A stretch of DNA of 63,854 bases, the filler included, from Octopus bimaculoides (taxonomy: Eukaryota): the NCBI RefSeq assembly GCF_001194135.2. It is 6 parts of 6 records of this genome, joined end to end, with 100 filler letters (N's around TTAATTAATTAA, not from the genome) between each part and the next. Parts side by side here need not be neighbours in the genome. Positions count along the whole stretch, not along the records: positions 1 to 19,618 come from NC_068986.1; positions 19,719 to 41,744 come from NC_068981.1; 4 more parts are not named here. One strand, written 5' to 3'. A program made the position numbers and the translations under genes. The notes below the pieces were generated by a model. The model was not told the origin of the DNA, searched no databases, and was given only the letters and a program-made list of their open reading frames with translations. This document shows, piece after piece, positions 15,186 to 27,920 of the stretch (its first letter is position 1; each line of letters begins with the position of its first letter).

Positions 15186-15385
15186 TATTTTCGTTGTTAT
15201 TCGTATTAACCTTCTTATATTGCTGTTATTCTCGCCGTCAATCCATTTTGGTGGAAGTTTATTATACTCTTTCGCTGTTATAAAGCTAATCTATAATATT
15301 GGCTTTATTCCCACAGCACAAACACAAGCAATTACATTTACCTATTTTTCTATATACTTCCGTACATGTATTCGTCTTGTGTTCT

Positions 15386-15422
<37 letters not shown>

Positions 15423-15644
15423 GTATGCGTATGTAGTATGTATTCGTATGTGTGCATGCGCGCGCGCGCGTCTATATGTTGAACGGCGAATAAAGATGAT
15501 GTGGTGGAAATTTACACATATTTTTCTCATGTGATCAGTTTTTTTTTTTTATCTAACGATATGAGTACATCTCCGGGGACACGTTCCTTGTTGTTCCTCC
15601 CCTAAAGTGTGTCTTAATAGACTTTCTGTTTTGTAATCTATTGA

Positions 15645-15693
<49 letters not shown>

Positions 15694-15914
15694 GTTGTTA
15701 CACGAATATTTGTTACAACAATAGTTTTTTTTTTTTCGCGTGTTTCAAAACTATTGTCAATGTGCAACCGTCAAGTTCCTCTGCAAGATTTTCAGGTATA
15801 TTTTGGTATCATTCTTTTGAAATCTCTATTCTACCATGCCTGATAATTTGTTCATGAAGTGGGTCAGATTCCCCAGAAGAACAGCAGTATTAAGAATAGA
15901 AATTTGGATTAGAG

Positions 15915-16146
15915 TTAACCTTTTTGATAACAATGCATCTGATATCACCTTTGGTTCTATGATTCAAACTTCCTGTTTTAAAGTAACCTAAATAAAAACT
16001 TTCCATCAGAATTCCATTTTCATATATATTCCAAACACCAGCTTAATAACAGCAAAGTTATTTTACTAATTTTGTTTTTGGTATCTTCAAAGTAATTAAA
16101 AGAAAGACAGCGTCGTTCAACAGAAACAAGGTAACAAAAGAGTTAA
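15915..16146. mobile_element. piggyBac-type MITE
   Basis: TTAA-CCTTTTTGATAAC at the left and GTAACAAAAGAG-TTAA at the right; related copy at 16895-17112. Confidence 0.6.
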
Positions 16147-16374
16147 AGTGACCTAAATTAAAACCTTCCTTTCATGTTATTTTATACACCAAGCATTAGC
16201 TTAATAACGTCAAACTTATTTTGCTAAATTCTTTTATTATTTTCAAAAAGTAAGTCAAACAAAAACACTGTTTTTCAACAGAACAAAACTGTTCAAGTGA
16301 TTTAAATTAAAATCCTCCAGCGCTCCATGTTAATCTATACTGCAAACATCAGATTAATAAATCTTTTATTTTTT

Positions 16375-16586
16375 TTACTTGTCATGCTGGAACACCGCCT
16401 TTAGTCGAGCAAATCGATCCCAGGACTTATTCTTTGTAAGCCCAGTAATTATTCTATCTATCTCTTACGTCGGACCACTAAGTTACGGGGACGTAAACAC
16501 ACCAGCATCGGTTGTGAAGTGATGTTGGTGGGGACAAACACGACACACAAATACACACACACACACATACGCACGCACACATACAC

Positions 16587-16633
<47 letters not shown>

Positions 16634-16790
16634 CGACGGGCTTCTTTCAGTTTCCGTCTACCAAATCCACTCACGAGGCTTTGGTCGACCCCAGGCTAAA
16701 GCAGAAGACACTTGCCCAAGGTGTCACGCAGTGGGACTGAACCCGGAATCATGTGGCTGGTAAGCAAGCTACTTACCACACAGCCACTCC
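16375..16790 (-). mobile_element. Family A SINE, near full length, with internal (CA)/(TA) tract
   Basis: Reverse complement of 48578-48960; GACACTTGCCCAAGG CORE-like motif. Confidence 0.8.
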
Positions 16791-16894
16791 TCGATGCCTC
16801 ATCATGGCCCCTGTCTCTGGCTGAATCCGATAACTGAATAAACAGAATAACTATTTTCAAAATTAATTGAAACAGGAATATGGTAAGAAAAGCC

Positions 16895-17112
16895 CTAACC
16901 CTTTTGATACCGAACCACTTCAAACTTCTCCTTAGTTCTAATGTACAAACTTTATCTTAAAGCGATCTCAGAATCTTTCATCAAAATGGCATGTTATGTT
17001 TCAAACGCTAGTTTATTAACGACAAATTTATTTCAATAAACACTTCATTTTCAAAAGTTAACCGAAAGAGGAATAGTATATTTCAACAGAAATATGATAA
17101 CGAACGGGTTGA
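16895..17112. mobile_element. piggyBac-type MITE, second copy
   Basis: cTAA-CCCTTTTGATAC ... GATAACGAACGGG-TTgA; interior similar to 15915-16146. Confidence 0.55.
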
Positions 17113-17534
17113 TTAGTTGAGAGGCATATCCCTTCAGTGACGAGTTGAACCCTTCTGCAAACCAACCTGCTCCAGACCACCCCCGTTTTAAACTGATTTA
17201 AATTGTAACCTTTGATTGAAAATTCATGTCATGTTCCAAATAACAGCATGATAACAACACAGTTATTGTAAATTAAGAGCAGGAAAAAATTACATCAAAA
17301 AATTATCACAGAAGATATACTTCCAAAATAATATTGCACTAATACATATATAAATATATAAAGTATGACTATTTAAAAAGTTTAAAATATCTTACGATCG
17401 TTTCATATTGCACTACCCTTCGAAATGAAATCTAAAATTGATAATCATTATTAGGTAATACATCCACTCGTCAGGGAAAAAAGGCGAATTTCCTGCTCTT
17501 ACACTATAATATATAATCGCTCTCATTAAATGTC

Positions 17535-17910
17535 TAAATTTGTTGGCACTCCGTCGCTTACGACGTCGAGGGTTCCAGTTGATCCGATCAACGGAACAGC
17601 CTGCTCGTGAAGTTAACGTGCAAGTGGCTGAGCACTCCACAGACATATGTACCCTTAACGTAGTTCTCGGGGATATTCAGCGTGACACAGTGTGACAAGG
17701 CTGACCCTTTGAATTACAGGCACAACAGAAAAAGAAAGTAAAAGTGAGAGAAAGAGTACAGCAGGGTTCACCACCATCCCCTGCCGGAGCATCGTGGAGC
17801 TTTTAGGTGTTTTCGCTCAATAAACACTCACAACGCCCGGTCTGGGAATCGAAACCACGATCCTATGACCGCGAGTCCGCTTCCCTAACCACTGGGCCAT
17901 TGCGCCTCCA
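17535..17910 (-). mobile_element. tRNA-derived SINE, family C
   Basis: tRNA-like head (TGGAGGCGCAATGGCCCAGTGGTTAGGG...GGTTTCGATTCC on the minus strand); the same head occurs on + at 59270-59340. Confidence 0.75.
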
Positions 17911-18639
17911 CAAATGTCTAAATACCTTTAAGGTTTTAGACATTTCCCTACCAAGAGCATTTATTCGAAATTCAGTATACTGTATTCTCATTGAATATAT
18001 CTGATTATCTATAACAACGTAGTTGTTTAGTCAAAAGATCATTAGTTTCAAAACGAATTGAAGCAATAGCACTGTATTTCAGATACTAAAGGAAAATATC
18101 AAGAGCGGATTAGCAAGAGCCAATATCAATTTTAGGGGTAAATTTCATTTGGAAATATGTTACAAAAACGGCAAATGAAACAAATTCATGATACAGACTA
18201 ATTTTCAAAAGAAAAATATTTATTACCTTAAAATAAGATTAAGTAAAACAAATTTTACTTAATCTCATCTCGATTTTAAGTCCTTCCATAATGACTCTGT
18301 CGCTTACTCCCTCTCCTCCTCTCCCTCTCTCAATAGTTCATTCTCTATCATTGTGTATGTAGTGTTTCTTTATTCATTGCCTGCCGCCAAACCTAATATG
18401 TACACTCATTCTGCACTTCTTAAATTAACTCTCTCTGAATCTCTCTTTTACTCTCTCTCTCCTACGCTCTCGTTATATCATCTAAAACGTGATAAGATAA
18501 TCAACCAACATTTATATTGACTATTATTATTAAATAGTGGCATCCGTGTTCTCTTCTTCACTCATTCTATATTCACTTCTTTAGCTCTTTTTGTTCTTAT
18601 ATATTCTATAAGATTATGTAAGCTATCTCTCTTTGTTGG

Positions 18640-19270
18640 ATTAGCACCATGCTAGACGTACAATTCCTTTCTTTGTATTTTTTCCTCTGTGAGTTTTGTC
18701 TTGCACGGAAGTACTCGTTGATACAATTATAAACCCTACTCGGTTTGTTAAGGTCCTTGTATATTTTAGAAATGTTATATGTATTGTGTTACCAAGATTC
18801 TTATTTGCAGTTTTTTCCCGAATTTCTTGTGGAAAATTCCAGAAATAACAGTTCTCCTTCCATCAAGTGGTTGTTTAACGATATCTCTCCGTATATTAAA
18901 TAGAAAACGCCATGCCATTTCCAAGTTACCATTTGTATTATTCTTTCTCTGTAGTGCGTAGATTTAATAGAAATAAAAACCATTTTTGTTCCAGGAATAA
19001 TTGAACTGTATATAAAGCTCTCGTGACTTCGTCATATTCCTTCTTTGTTCATTTTTGGATTTTTACCATTTTTATTATGAATCTCAGATATTTTCCTCGA
19101 AATGTTAAAACTCCTTCAGTATTCAACAACTCTGCGTGCTCTGTCACTTCTATGCCACATGAAAATTTTATTTCAAATAAGCCATACTTATCTCTGGCAA
19201 AAGCTAACAGCATTTTTAAGCATCATTGCTATTATTATTTTTTAACGGTTGAACTCGAAGTAGATAAAGC
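18640..19270 (-). mobile_element. Heavily decayed R4/Dong-like fragment (post-thumb region)
   Basis: Minus translation RERIIQMVTWKWHG.F...HLMEGELLF resembles W..K..HG.F...WL..G.LF.ETEG; many stops. Confidence 0.45.
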
Positions 19271-19271
19271 C

Positions 19272-19618
19272 ATTATTGTTGTTGTTGTTATTATTATTAT
19301 TATTATTATTATTGTTCAGTAGTTTTATTTTTATAACGTGCTTTCACTTCACTACCGAGCGCAGCTCTGTGCGCCTTGGGTATGTGCTGTGGTTTGCTGT
19401 GGTACTCTTATGTTTACTGTATTGAAAGTGTTTTGCGTAGAATGTGTGCAGTACCCAGTAGTGTAATTTTCTGTATGTTATATATATTTGTAAGTCCTGG
19501 TATTTTTGTTATGTATTTGTCTGAATATTTTTTATTATACCTAAGGCACCTATTATGATAGGAATTGTTTCTGTTTTTAGATTCCACATTCGAGTTATCT
19601 CTATTTCCAGGTCTTTGT
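19272..19618 (-). mobile_element. R4/Dong-like RLE 3' end with (TAA)n tail
   Basis: TIPIIIGALGIIKKYSDKYITKIPGLTNIYNIQKITLLGTAHILRKTLSIQ*; tail at 19272-19312; same family as 23498-24440. Confidence 0.85.
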
Positions 19619-20459
19619 NNNNNNNNNNNNNNNNNNNNNNNNNNNNNNNNNNNNNNNNNNNNTTAATTAATTAANNNNNNNNNNNNNNNNNNNNNNNNNN
19701 NNNNNNNNNNNNNNNNNNAAATTGTCCACCCCCCTCCCAAAACACTTTCACCGAAATTTTTTTTTATATTCGGAATCTACATAATAAATAATATATGCAT
19801 AGAAAATCTCATTAACAAATATTCATTTTTCTGAAAGTTATGACCTTCTAAAGTCGGGGGGTACCACTCTGTAGTTATGCCACATTGACGAACGTGAATG
19901 ATTGTTTACTTCCATGTGTATGCGTTTGAGAGAGCGAGAGAGGAAGAGAGAAAGAGGTGGAGATAGAGAACGGGAGCAATGTGTATGTTGTTGTCACAGA
20001 TTACGTATGTGTGGTTGTGTGTGTTTTTACGTATCAATGTTATGAAAAATAGGTAAAGAAGACTGAGAAGAAAGTTTAATCTATGACGTTGTATGTATCA
20101 CTTTCTCTCTCTGTTGAGCGCGTGTGTAAGAACGCTGTTCCAGGTAGAAGGGAAGAAATGTAAAAGTTGCTAGAAACAGCAGTCAAATCTCCCTTAAATC
20201 ACACAAAGTAAACGGAATTTTAAAAATCTAATTACTGCACTGGAAAGTTCACATTGAGAAAATTCCGTTGATGTNNNNNNNNNNNNNNNNNNNNNNNNNN
20301 NNNNNNNNNNNNNNNNNNNNNNNNNNNNNNNNNNNNNNNNNNNNNNNNNNNNNNNNNNNNNNNNNNNNNNNNNNNNNNNNNNNNNNNNNNNNNNNNNNNN
20401 NNNNNNNNNNNNNNNNNNNNNNNNNNNNNNNNNNNNNNNNNATATATATATATATATAT

Positions 20460-20498
<39 letters not shown>

Positions 20499-20574
20499 TA
20501 TATATACAATTATATATTGAGGGTCTGGCCCTGGGGGAAGAATTCTCGATGCACAATACCACATTTCCTTGTAT

Positions 20575-20945
20575 ATAAACAAGGTAGTAGCAAAAATTTC
20601 CCGGTCTAGTTCTGTAGCACGCCAAAAGATGGCAGCACATCGTTGCGTGCACAGTGAGAGCTAACAGTGAATTTCATGAGGCAGTGTGCCGAGTGACATC
20701 ACTGTGTTTACTTAGCAATTTGAAGATTTGTGATTCTATGATCATGTGATCCAGAGCCAACGTGAAATTATGCGTTAAACTTTGGAAATCTGCTACAGAG
20801 ACATTGATCATGCTTTGGCAAGCTTATGGCGACAAGAGTCGTACGGAATATTTTGAGCGGCATGGGCGCTCCAAAAGCGGAATAACGTCCCTGGAAGGCT
20901 ATGAGTGATCTGGAACATCTACCACAAGCGTCTACCCCTGAAATG
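20575..20945 (+). mobile_element. mariner transposon 5' fragment
   Basis: Decayed N-terminal HTH ANVKLCVKLWKSATETLIMLWQAYGD..R....E.HGR.KSG.TSLE, preceded by a TIR-like sequence. Confidence 0.7.
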
Positions 20946-23227
20946 TGGTACTGTGCATCGGGAATTCGACCCATCGTTAGCAAAAACTCCTTTCATCCCA
21001 ACAAAAGTCTCTTTTGGTGTACAACCTTTCACGTATAAGAACCGGATTACAGATCTGCATTGAACGGCCTCCATTATAACACCCTAGTCCACTTCAGCAG
21101 CCGTAAAAGACAAACGAATACTTGTGGAAAACTTCAATTTACAATGTGACATGTAGAGACGAGCATGATTATAACTGTTCAGATTCTGTTTCCTGCAATA
21201 ACCGGAAGTGGGTCGGGGAAAATCCTTATTGAACACGTCTCGTACATACATACATACATATATACATACATACATACGTGTGCATGTACGGATATATCCA
21301 TAGACATGTTGTATTATGTTACTCACAAACGCGCTCTAGCCTCTTGCTGTTCACTGGTGCATTGTCCTTTATCTGTGCCTACTCTACTGGAACTATCATG
21401 CCTCTTGATCCACAGAGCTCATCACCCTTTTTCTATCAGACGTTTCAGCCATCACAGTAATCACTACCTCTATCCTGTTTCCATATTATCGGTTTCCAGA
21501 ATCCATTCCCGTCCGGTATTTTTTTTGTTTCATTTTTTCCGCCCGCAATGGTTCACAATGAATACTATTCCTGTCAGTCTTACTGTCCAGGTCCTGCGCG
21601 CGCCTGTGTGTATATGTGTGTGTGTGCATGTGTGTGTGTGTGTGTGTGTAAGCCTATATGAGAGTTTCTTTCATAGTATCTACCACAGTAAAGTTTGTTC
21701 TAATAGAACATCCACGTTCAAGTGGAAATAAATATTACCTCCTGGTATTAATTCTGCCTCTATCGCTTATGTATATATTTTTGATGAGAATGTTAGTCGA
21801 TTTTCTTTTATGATATATTAAAAACACAACTATGTTCAATGTTTATCTTTTCTTAGTTAAGAAATTTCATTTTTCCTCAGTACTTTAACTTACGTTTCTA
21901 ACAACAACTAAATACGTTTCGTGAATTTCCCATTGTTATTTATAAACTAAGCCGTCTTAATAGCGGGTTGTCCCACGTTCTGCAGTTAAAAGGCAAACGG
22001 TTTTGCGATAATGTTAGAATTGAAAAAAATCATCATCGCCGAATTTAAAATTATATAACGATAAATCCTAGGAAATTTCACACCCTCATGTGCATTTTAC
22101 GTGGGTTCTGTTTAATTTCAGCTTGTGTTTAATTATTAGTAAAACTTCCAGAGTTCTTGTAATTTCTTTCTGGGATTCTATATTAAATCAAAACGTTACT
22201 AACTCGTACCGCTTCATTCAAGTTTTCCGGCTAGAAAGTGCTACATACAGGTTTTGAGTACATGAGTGCTGCGGTAGAAGACATGCAAGTTGCAGGAGCG
22301 GTTGTAGGAGGTATATAGATGTCCATGCCTATGATCATTGTTGTATAAGGTTTCATATATATATATTTAAAGTACCAATACCACATAAACCCACGCGCAA
22401 ACATACGCATATACATACATAAATGCTATATGTGTTTATACGTGTGTGCGTGTCAGAGAAGAGAGAGAGAAAGAGAGCATACATATGTTTAGGCCAACAT
22501 ATTTCAACAACCAGCTTCTGGATGCGATGCTCATTCTCTCTACCACTTCTATAGCTACTACTATATTTGGACTCTATATCTCTGAACCATCTATCAGCAA
22601 TCTCTCTCTCTCCATCAAGGTTTGCTATTCAATACGTTATTCATCTTTCCGTTTCCGTGGTGTACATCATATTCCAGGTCCAGCAACACACAATTCCGCC
22701 TTTTTTTTTCTCACCCATGTCCTTTTCTTTTCATTCTATAGACACCGACTGAACATCAGCTGCATTCTGGCTGGCCTTCGTTATATAGAAAAAGGAAGCT
22801 AAGACAGACGCATCCATTTAGCAACACACTAACGGACATAAAACATCATTATTAATAAACACGCGCATAAAAGAAATTCACAAGTAATTAACTGAATTTA
22901 ATATAGTTATACTACTTGTCTGGCACACTACAAGATTTTTGTTGCTATGGGAAACATTCTAAAAAAATAATGAATCTTCTTTGAGACTTTGATCTCTTTC
23001 TCACCTCAAAACATAGTCTTTACACGTCCATCAGCACTGCGTCGACTTATGTTGGATAGTTTGATCACTACTAAATCAAAGCAACACGCTACCCACACTC
23101 CTTTCATACAAGCGCCCAAGTCAGTTAAATGATCATTCTGTTTACTCATTAAGGCAGTGCTCCAGCATTGCCGTAGTCAAATGACTGAAACAAACAAAAA
23201 ACATAAAAGAATGAAAGAATATATTAT

Positions 23228-23269
<42 letters not shown>

Positions 23270-23289
23270 CATCATCATCATTATTATTA

Positions 23290-23495
23290 TCATTATTATA
23301 TGTTTTTTTTCTTCTTTCTTCAAATTTTCTTCCATTTCTTGCCGAGTGTTTTCCGTACACCTAGGGCAGACAAGCTCATTGTATGCATTCTCAGTTTACA
23401 TACGCAAACTCACAGGTAAAATATGTATTTAAAAAAAATAATAAATAAATAAATTTATGAATGGATGTTGTTTTCATAGCAATAATGCTCTTCTC

Positions 23496-23497
<2 letters not shown>
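23290..23497 (-). mobile_element. Short unclassified TAA-tailed repeat; second copy at 41548-41744
   Basis: Two roughly 200-nt copies at about 90% identity by eye, each followed on the minus strand by a TAA/TGA array. Confidence 0.7.
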
Positions 23498-23575
<78 letters not shown>

Positions 23576-24440
23576 CCAATAGTTTTATTTTTATAGCGTG
23601 CTTTCACTTCACTACCGAGTGCAGCTCTGTGTGCCTTGGGTATGGGTTGTGGTTTGTTATGATGCTCTTGTGGTTACTGTATTGGAAGTGTTTTACGTAG
23701 GATGTGTGCAGTGCCCAGTAGTGCAATTTTTTGTATGTTATATATACTTGTAAGTCCTAGTGTTTTTGTTATGTATTTGTCTGAATATTTTTTATCGTAC
23801 CTAATGCGCCTACTATGATAGNNNNNNNNNNCATTCGAGCTACCTCTATTTCCAGATCTTTGTATTTTGAAAGTTTTTCCATTTCTTTTAGAGAAACATT
23901 GTCATCTGCTGGTATTGATACATCAATTAGAAAGCATTTTTTTCTTCATGATCTCTGACAACTATATCTGGCCTATTGGCCTTAATTTCTCTGTGTGTAT
24001 TGGCATATCCCAGAGTATGGTTGCTTTCTCGTTTTCTGTGACCTTTTCTGGCGTGTGCTTATGCCATCTTTTTTCTGCTGTTATTCCATAGTGTTGGCAT
24101 AGCTTCTAGTGTATGTAGGTCCTAGCTCTGTCGTGTCTGTGAATATATTTCTTCTTAGCCAGGACTGGGCAGCCAGAGATAATATGGTTTATTGTGTCTC
24201 GTCCATCGCCATATTTTCTGCAGTTACTTGTTATGTTTCTTTTCATTATATGTTTTTGGTAATTTCTGGTGGGCAGGCCTTGGTCTTGTGCTGCAATTAA
24301 AAATGCTTTAGTCTATGCTTTGAGTCCTGAGCTTCTCAACCATTGCTGGGATTTTTCTCTGTCTATTTATTTTGCATTTAGTTTAGCCCAGGATTTGCCA
24401 TGAAGGGGCATTTCTTGCCATAGTTTTAATCGTGGTCTGT
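23498..24440 (-). mobile_element. R4/Dong-like non-LTR retrotransposon 3' 0.9 kb with (TAA)n tail
   Basis: PLHGK...AAQDQGLPTRNYQKHI...NCRK....TINHIISGCPVLAKKKYIHRHD...ILWDMPIHT..RP....FLIDVSIPADDNVSLKEMEKLSKYKDLEIE. Confidence 0.9.
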
Positions 24441-24504
24441 TGCTGATGAACGTTCTTTACTACTATATATCAAAGATTACGTGATGTAATACACCAATTA
24501 TTTT

Positions 24505-24730
24505 TCAAAACGGCAGCGATCTGGCAGAATCGTTAGCGCTCCGGCTGAAACGCTTAATGACATGTCGTCCGTCCTTATGTTCTGTGTTCACATTCCGCCG
24601 GGGTCGACTTTACCTTTCATCCTTTCAGGGTCGATGAAATAAGTACCAGTTACGTACTGGAGTTGATGCAATTGACTAGCTCCCGCCCAGAAAATTGCAG
24701 GTCTTGAGCCTTTAGTAGAAAGGATTATCT
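24505..24730 (+). mobile_element. Family B SINE
   Basis: Head CGGCAGCGATCTGGCAGAATCGTTAGC and conserved body. Confidence 0.7.
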
Positions 24731-25471
24731 TTCAATTCGTTTGAATGCAAATTGGAGAATTAGCCGCCATTTCTCTACATTTCGGGTAACCACGAAAAGG
24801 TACCTCCCATTTGCTTCCTTATTGTTTATTCCCAGATCTAAAGTATTCCAAATATGGTCGCCAAGTCAATTTTCTTCTTTTAATTTTTCTGTGAACTACA
24901 TTATCCAAGGTCTTCTTCCTTTATTTCAGACAGTGAGGTGTATTGTGAGGCAGATTCTCTGCTACTTCTGTCAAGTCGAATAACTACGTGGTAGCTTTCC
25001 CTTTGTTGCATTTGCTGATTTCTGATTGTCGTTCATGTTGGGACAGATAACTAGTTATGGTGATTATTCTCCAAAATTTAAATTCGTTTGCTGACATTCA
25101 TTGTTTGCTGTATATTGATATTCAAAATTTCAAACAGCAGATGCTTTTCCGTATTCTCCATTGTCATCCCTCTATAACATCCGGTATTATAACACAGCCA
25201 AATTCTTTCAAACCATCAGTCTTCCTTTGCCACAACTACTGATAATCCATCTATTCATTAGCATGCCTTTTAATATAAATGAATCCCAGCATGTATTTTA
25301 CATCCATGCGCATGATACAGACTATCACCTCTTGTTCCATGCATAGTCTGCACAATTCTGATAATATTTCTTTTCTCTCAATTTTTCTTCCATGCCCTTT
25401 TTTCCTTATTATTTCTTCTTGCATATTAATTTTTTTTAAATACATTATTTTCCCAGAATTGTGACTACGCA

Positions 25472-25513
<42 letters not shown>

Positions 25514-26400
25514 TCTATTTATCCTAGGTTTCATTGAAACTTCTGGAGCCTTGCATGAGTAGTGGATTTGCTACCTGCAGCCTACGGTTCCATGCTATCC
25601 GTTCTTTTCAGCTAATACTTTCCTGGTTATTCTGGCCGTGCCAAGGGGGCAAAACTTTTCGTAACAGTTCTGTCGGGCACTCTATTCCACTCTTCTGAAA
25701 TTTGACAATGCGTGCTTCAAGTGTACCAACTATCACAGGAACAATTGTAACCCTTGCCTTCCTCCTGCTCTACATCTCTTTGTCTAGGTCCTGATATTTC
25801 TGAATTTTCTCAATTTCGTTGGTATCTCCTCTATCATCATATGATGCAGCAAAGTCTATCATCTTACACTGTTCTTTTTTTTAATTTGTGTCCCCTACAA
25901 TGATATCTGGTATCCTTGCTTCAATAGAATGGTCAGTCTTTAAAGCGAAATCTTATAAAATCCTATAATTCTTACCCTCTGTTACAGCCTTTATCTCATG
26001 TTCACATAACTTTTCTGTCACTGAATCCACACACTCGACTAACATCCCATTGTATTCTTTTATCAACACAGTCATGGTAGCACTTATAATCTTTTTTATG
26101 CTAGCTTACTATATTTACTTCCGAAATGATTAATACTTTCGTTTCCTTTCCCTCAGATTCTGCATTTTCTCTGAAACAGGTTTTTGTCAATTTATTTAAA
26201 TCTTCGATCAACATTCAGGTGATTCATTTTCAAACTAGTTTTGGCAAACTCATAGGTACGAGTATTTTATCTGTATGCTAGCCAGAAGGATTAATGCATT
26301 GATGAAAACTACTGGAGAAATCGAGTCTCCTTGGAATGTCTCCTAGCAGTATTTCTCATACCCTAAATATTCATTTCCACATTTTACTTCTACTTCCTAT
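25472..26400 (-). mobile_element. R4/Dong-like fragment(s): RT motifs plus RLE end and (TAA)n tail
   Basis: FQGDSISPVVFINALI (RT QGD motif) near 26290-26345; QTDHSIEARIPDIIV near 25880-25950; tail at 25472-25512. Confidence 0.75.
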
Positions 26401-26539
26401 GATCTCCCAAAAGGTATACAGCAATGACTGACTACCTTGTCTTTTTGTTTAGACAGTGTATTTCAGGGTAAATTATTCATTGTAACACGGTTGGGTGTGG
26501 TTTGAGGAAAGTTCGGTTGCTATTTGTGGTAGGTCAGGC

Positions 26540-27480
26540 GAATATATTGAAGCTTCCCCTAGCTAGTTTTTATACTTGTATTCAATCTTGGCTAGGGCAG
26601 AACGTCCGGTAAACATATATTCTAATGTTTCGGTTAATAATGTACAAGCTACGGTTATATTAATATACTTCATTCTTTAGAATATATTTAGTAGTAATAT
26701 CTGTGAAGCAGTGGACCTGTTCTCTAATTGTTAACCATTCAGCTTCAATATCCGAGTTAATGCCGGTTAGCTATATGTGGGTGGTTTACTTGTCACAGTT
26801 CATTTTCTCTCTTCTTAATGAGTAATTTCCACATCATAGATTATTTTCCTATTCGAATATAATCACCTCTTGGTGCTTCCTTTATAACCCTTCTTTTATC
26901 TCTACTGCTATTTTCATCGATGTGTTGTTGGTTGTGCTTGTCTGATTCTGTTGATATTTTCATTTCTTCTGGAACGCTGCTTTTATATAAATGGATTTGA
27001 TATTTTTGCTTTTATCGAGTTATAAAATTTGACGCATTTTCTCTCTGTATTCTATTCGAGGTTGAGAGTTTATTGCAATAATGACTGATTTGTAGCTGGT
27101 TTATATTTCTACCAGACTCTTACCTTCCATAATTCTTTTTTATGTATAATCAACTGTACAATCACTGAACCTCACCTTTCTGGAGGTGTACTGTGTACGT
27201 TGCAAGCAATCTTTTTGCTTTGTAGCTAGTATTTTTTAATATCATCTAGCTTCCAGTTGAAGACATTAATGTTATATGCTATTAACGGCATAGTTTTGGT
27301 GTTTATCCAATTTATTTTTTGCATTAAGCAGACTTTTTCTTCTATTTCATTCGGTTCTGTATTTTGCAAATATATTTTCTTCAATCTGTGCTGAATTTAG
27401 TCGCCTTCAAGACTACTGATCATAATGAACTGTCCAGAAAATTCAGCTTAGGTTTAAGAGTTAAATATGGTCATCGATAG
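26540..27480 (-). mobile_element. Decayed R4/Dong-like thumb-to-knuckle fragment
   Basis: INTKTMPLIAYNINVFNWKLDDIKK resembles the thumb consensus IN..AVPVL.YSF..INW...DI; many frameshifts. Confidence 0.55.
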
Positions 27481-27629
27481 AAATTCGTGATGATCTACTT
27501 CAATGTCGATCTGTTACTTGTTACATTTTAGATGATATCGTCTATATCAAATTTCATGCCTGTACATCTAAGTGCAAAAGGAAATATGGCTACGTCTAGA
27601 TGTTCGTGCTTTGCAGTGTCTGGGTTAAT

Positions 27630-27920
27630 TGTTCTTAAAGTTCGATATTGGCTCTCAACCAATTCTTCAATGCGAAGCACGGATGCAGCATTGTCAGAGC
27701 TAAGGTATATGCTCTAAAACTCGAGAGAAAGAAAGCTACTTGATGGGCTCGAGCGACAGAGGTGCCTCGTGAAAATAAAGCCAAGATTTGGTCATCCATT
27801 GACCAAAAGGAGCTCATGTCACTCGATCTCAAGCAGATGTGTACATCTTTTCAGCAGCATTTCGATCAACTTTTAATGACAAAAGGAGAGCTGAAACATA
27901 TGACGGCCTGCCTCGACTCT
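27630..27920 (+). mobile_element. Tx1/L1-like LINE fragment (EN-RT linker)
   Basis: ALNQFFNAKHGCSIVRAKVYAL..KKAT*WAR..E...MCTSFQQHFDQL aligns with ALDHFFNVKHEGCILRAKVRAL..KAVRWA..E...MCEAFRQHFAQL at 39240-39465. Confidence 0.75.

Noticed and set aside
14682-15534. Poly-Thr, poly-Leu and poly-Val ORFs (also 46902-47258 and 60015-60454)
   Set aside because: Translations of trinucleotide microsatellites, open in several frames on both strands, with no splice or domain support.
17840-17910. tRNA-like sequences at SINE heads (also 59270-59340, 48170-48240 and 48578-48640)
   Set aside because: They have A/B-box-like motifs but no complete cloverleaf and continue into SINE bodies, so they are not called as tRNA genes.
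19619-19718. TTAATTAATTAA flanked by 44 N on each side (also at 41745-41844, 44903-45002, 59381-59480 and 62359-62458)
   Set aside because: An identical 100-bp construct each time, with stops in all six frames: a synthetic scaffolding spacer, not biology.
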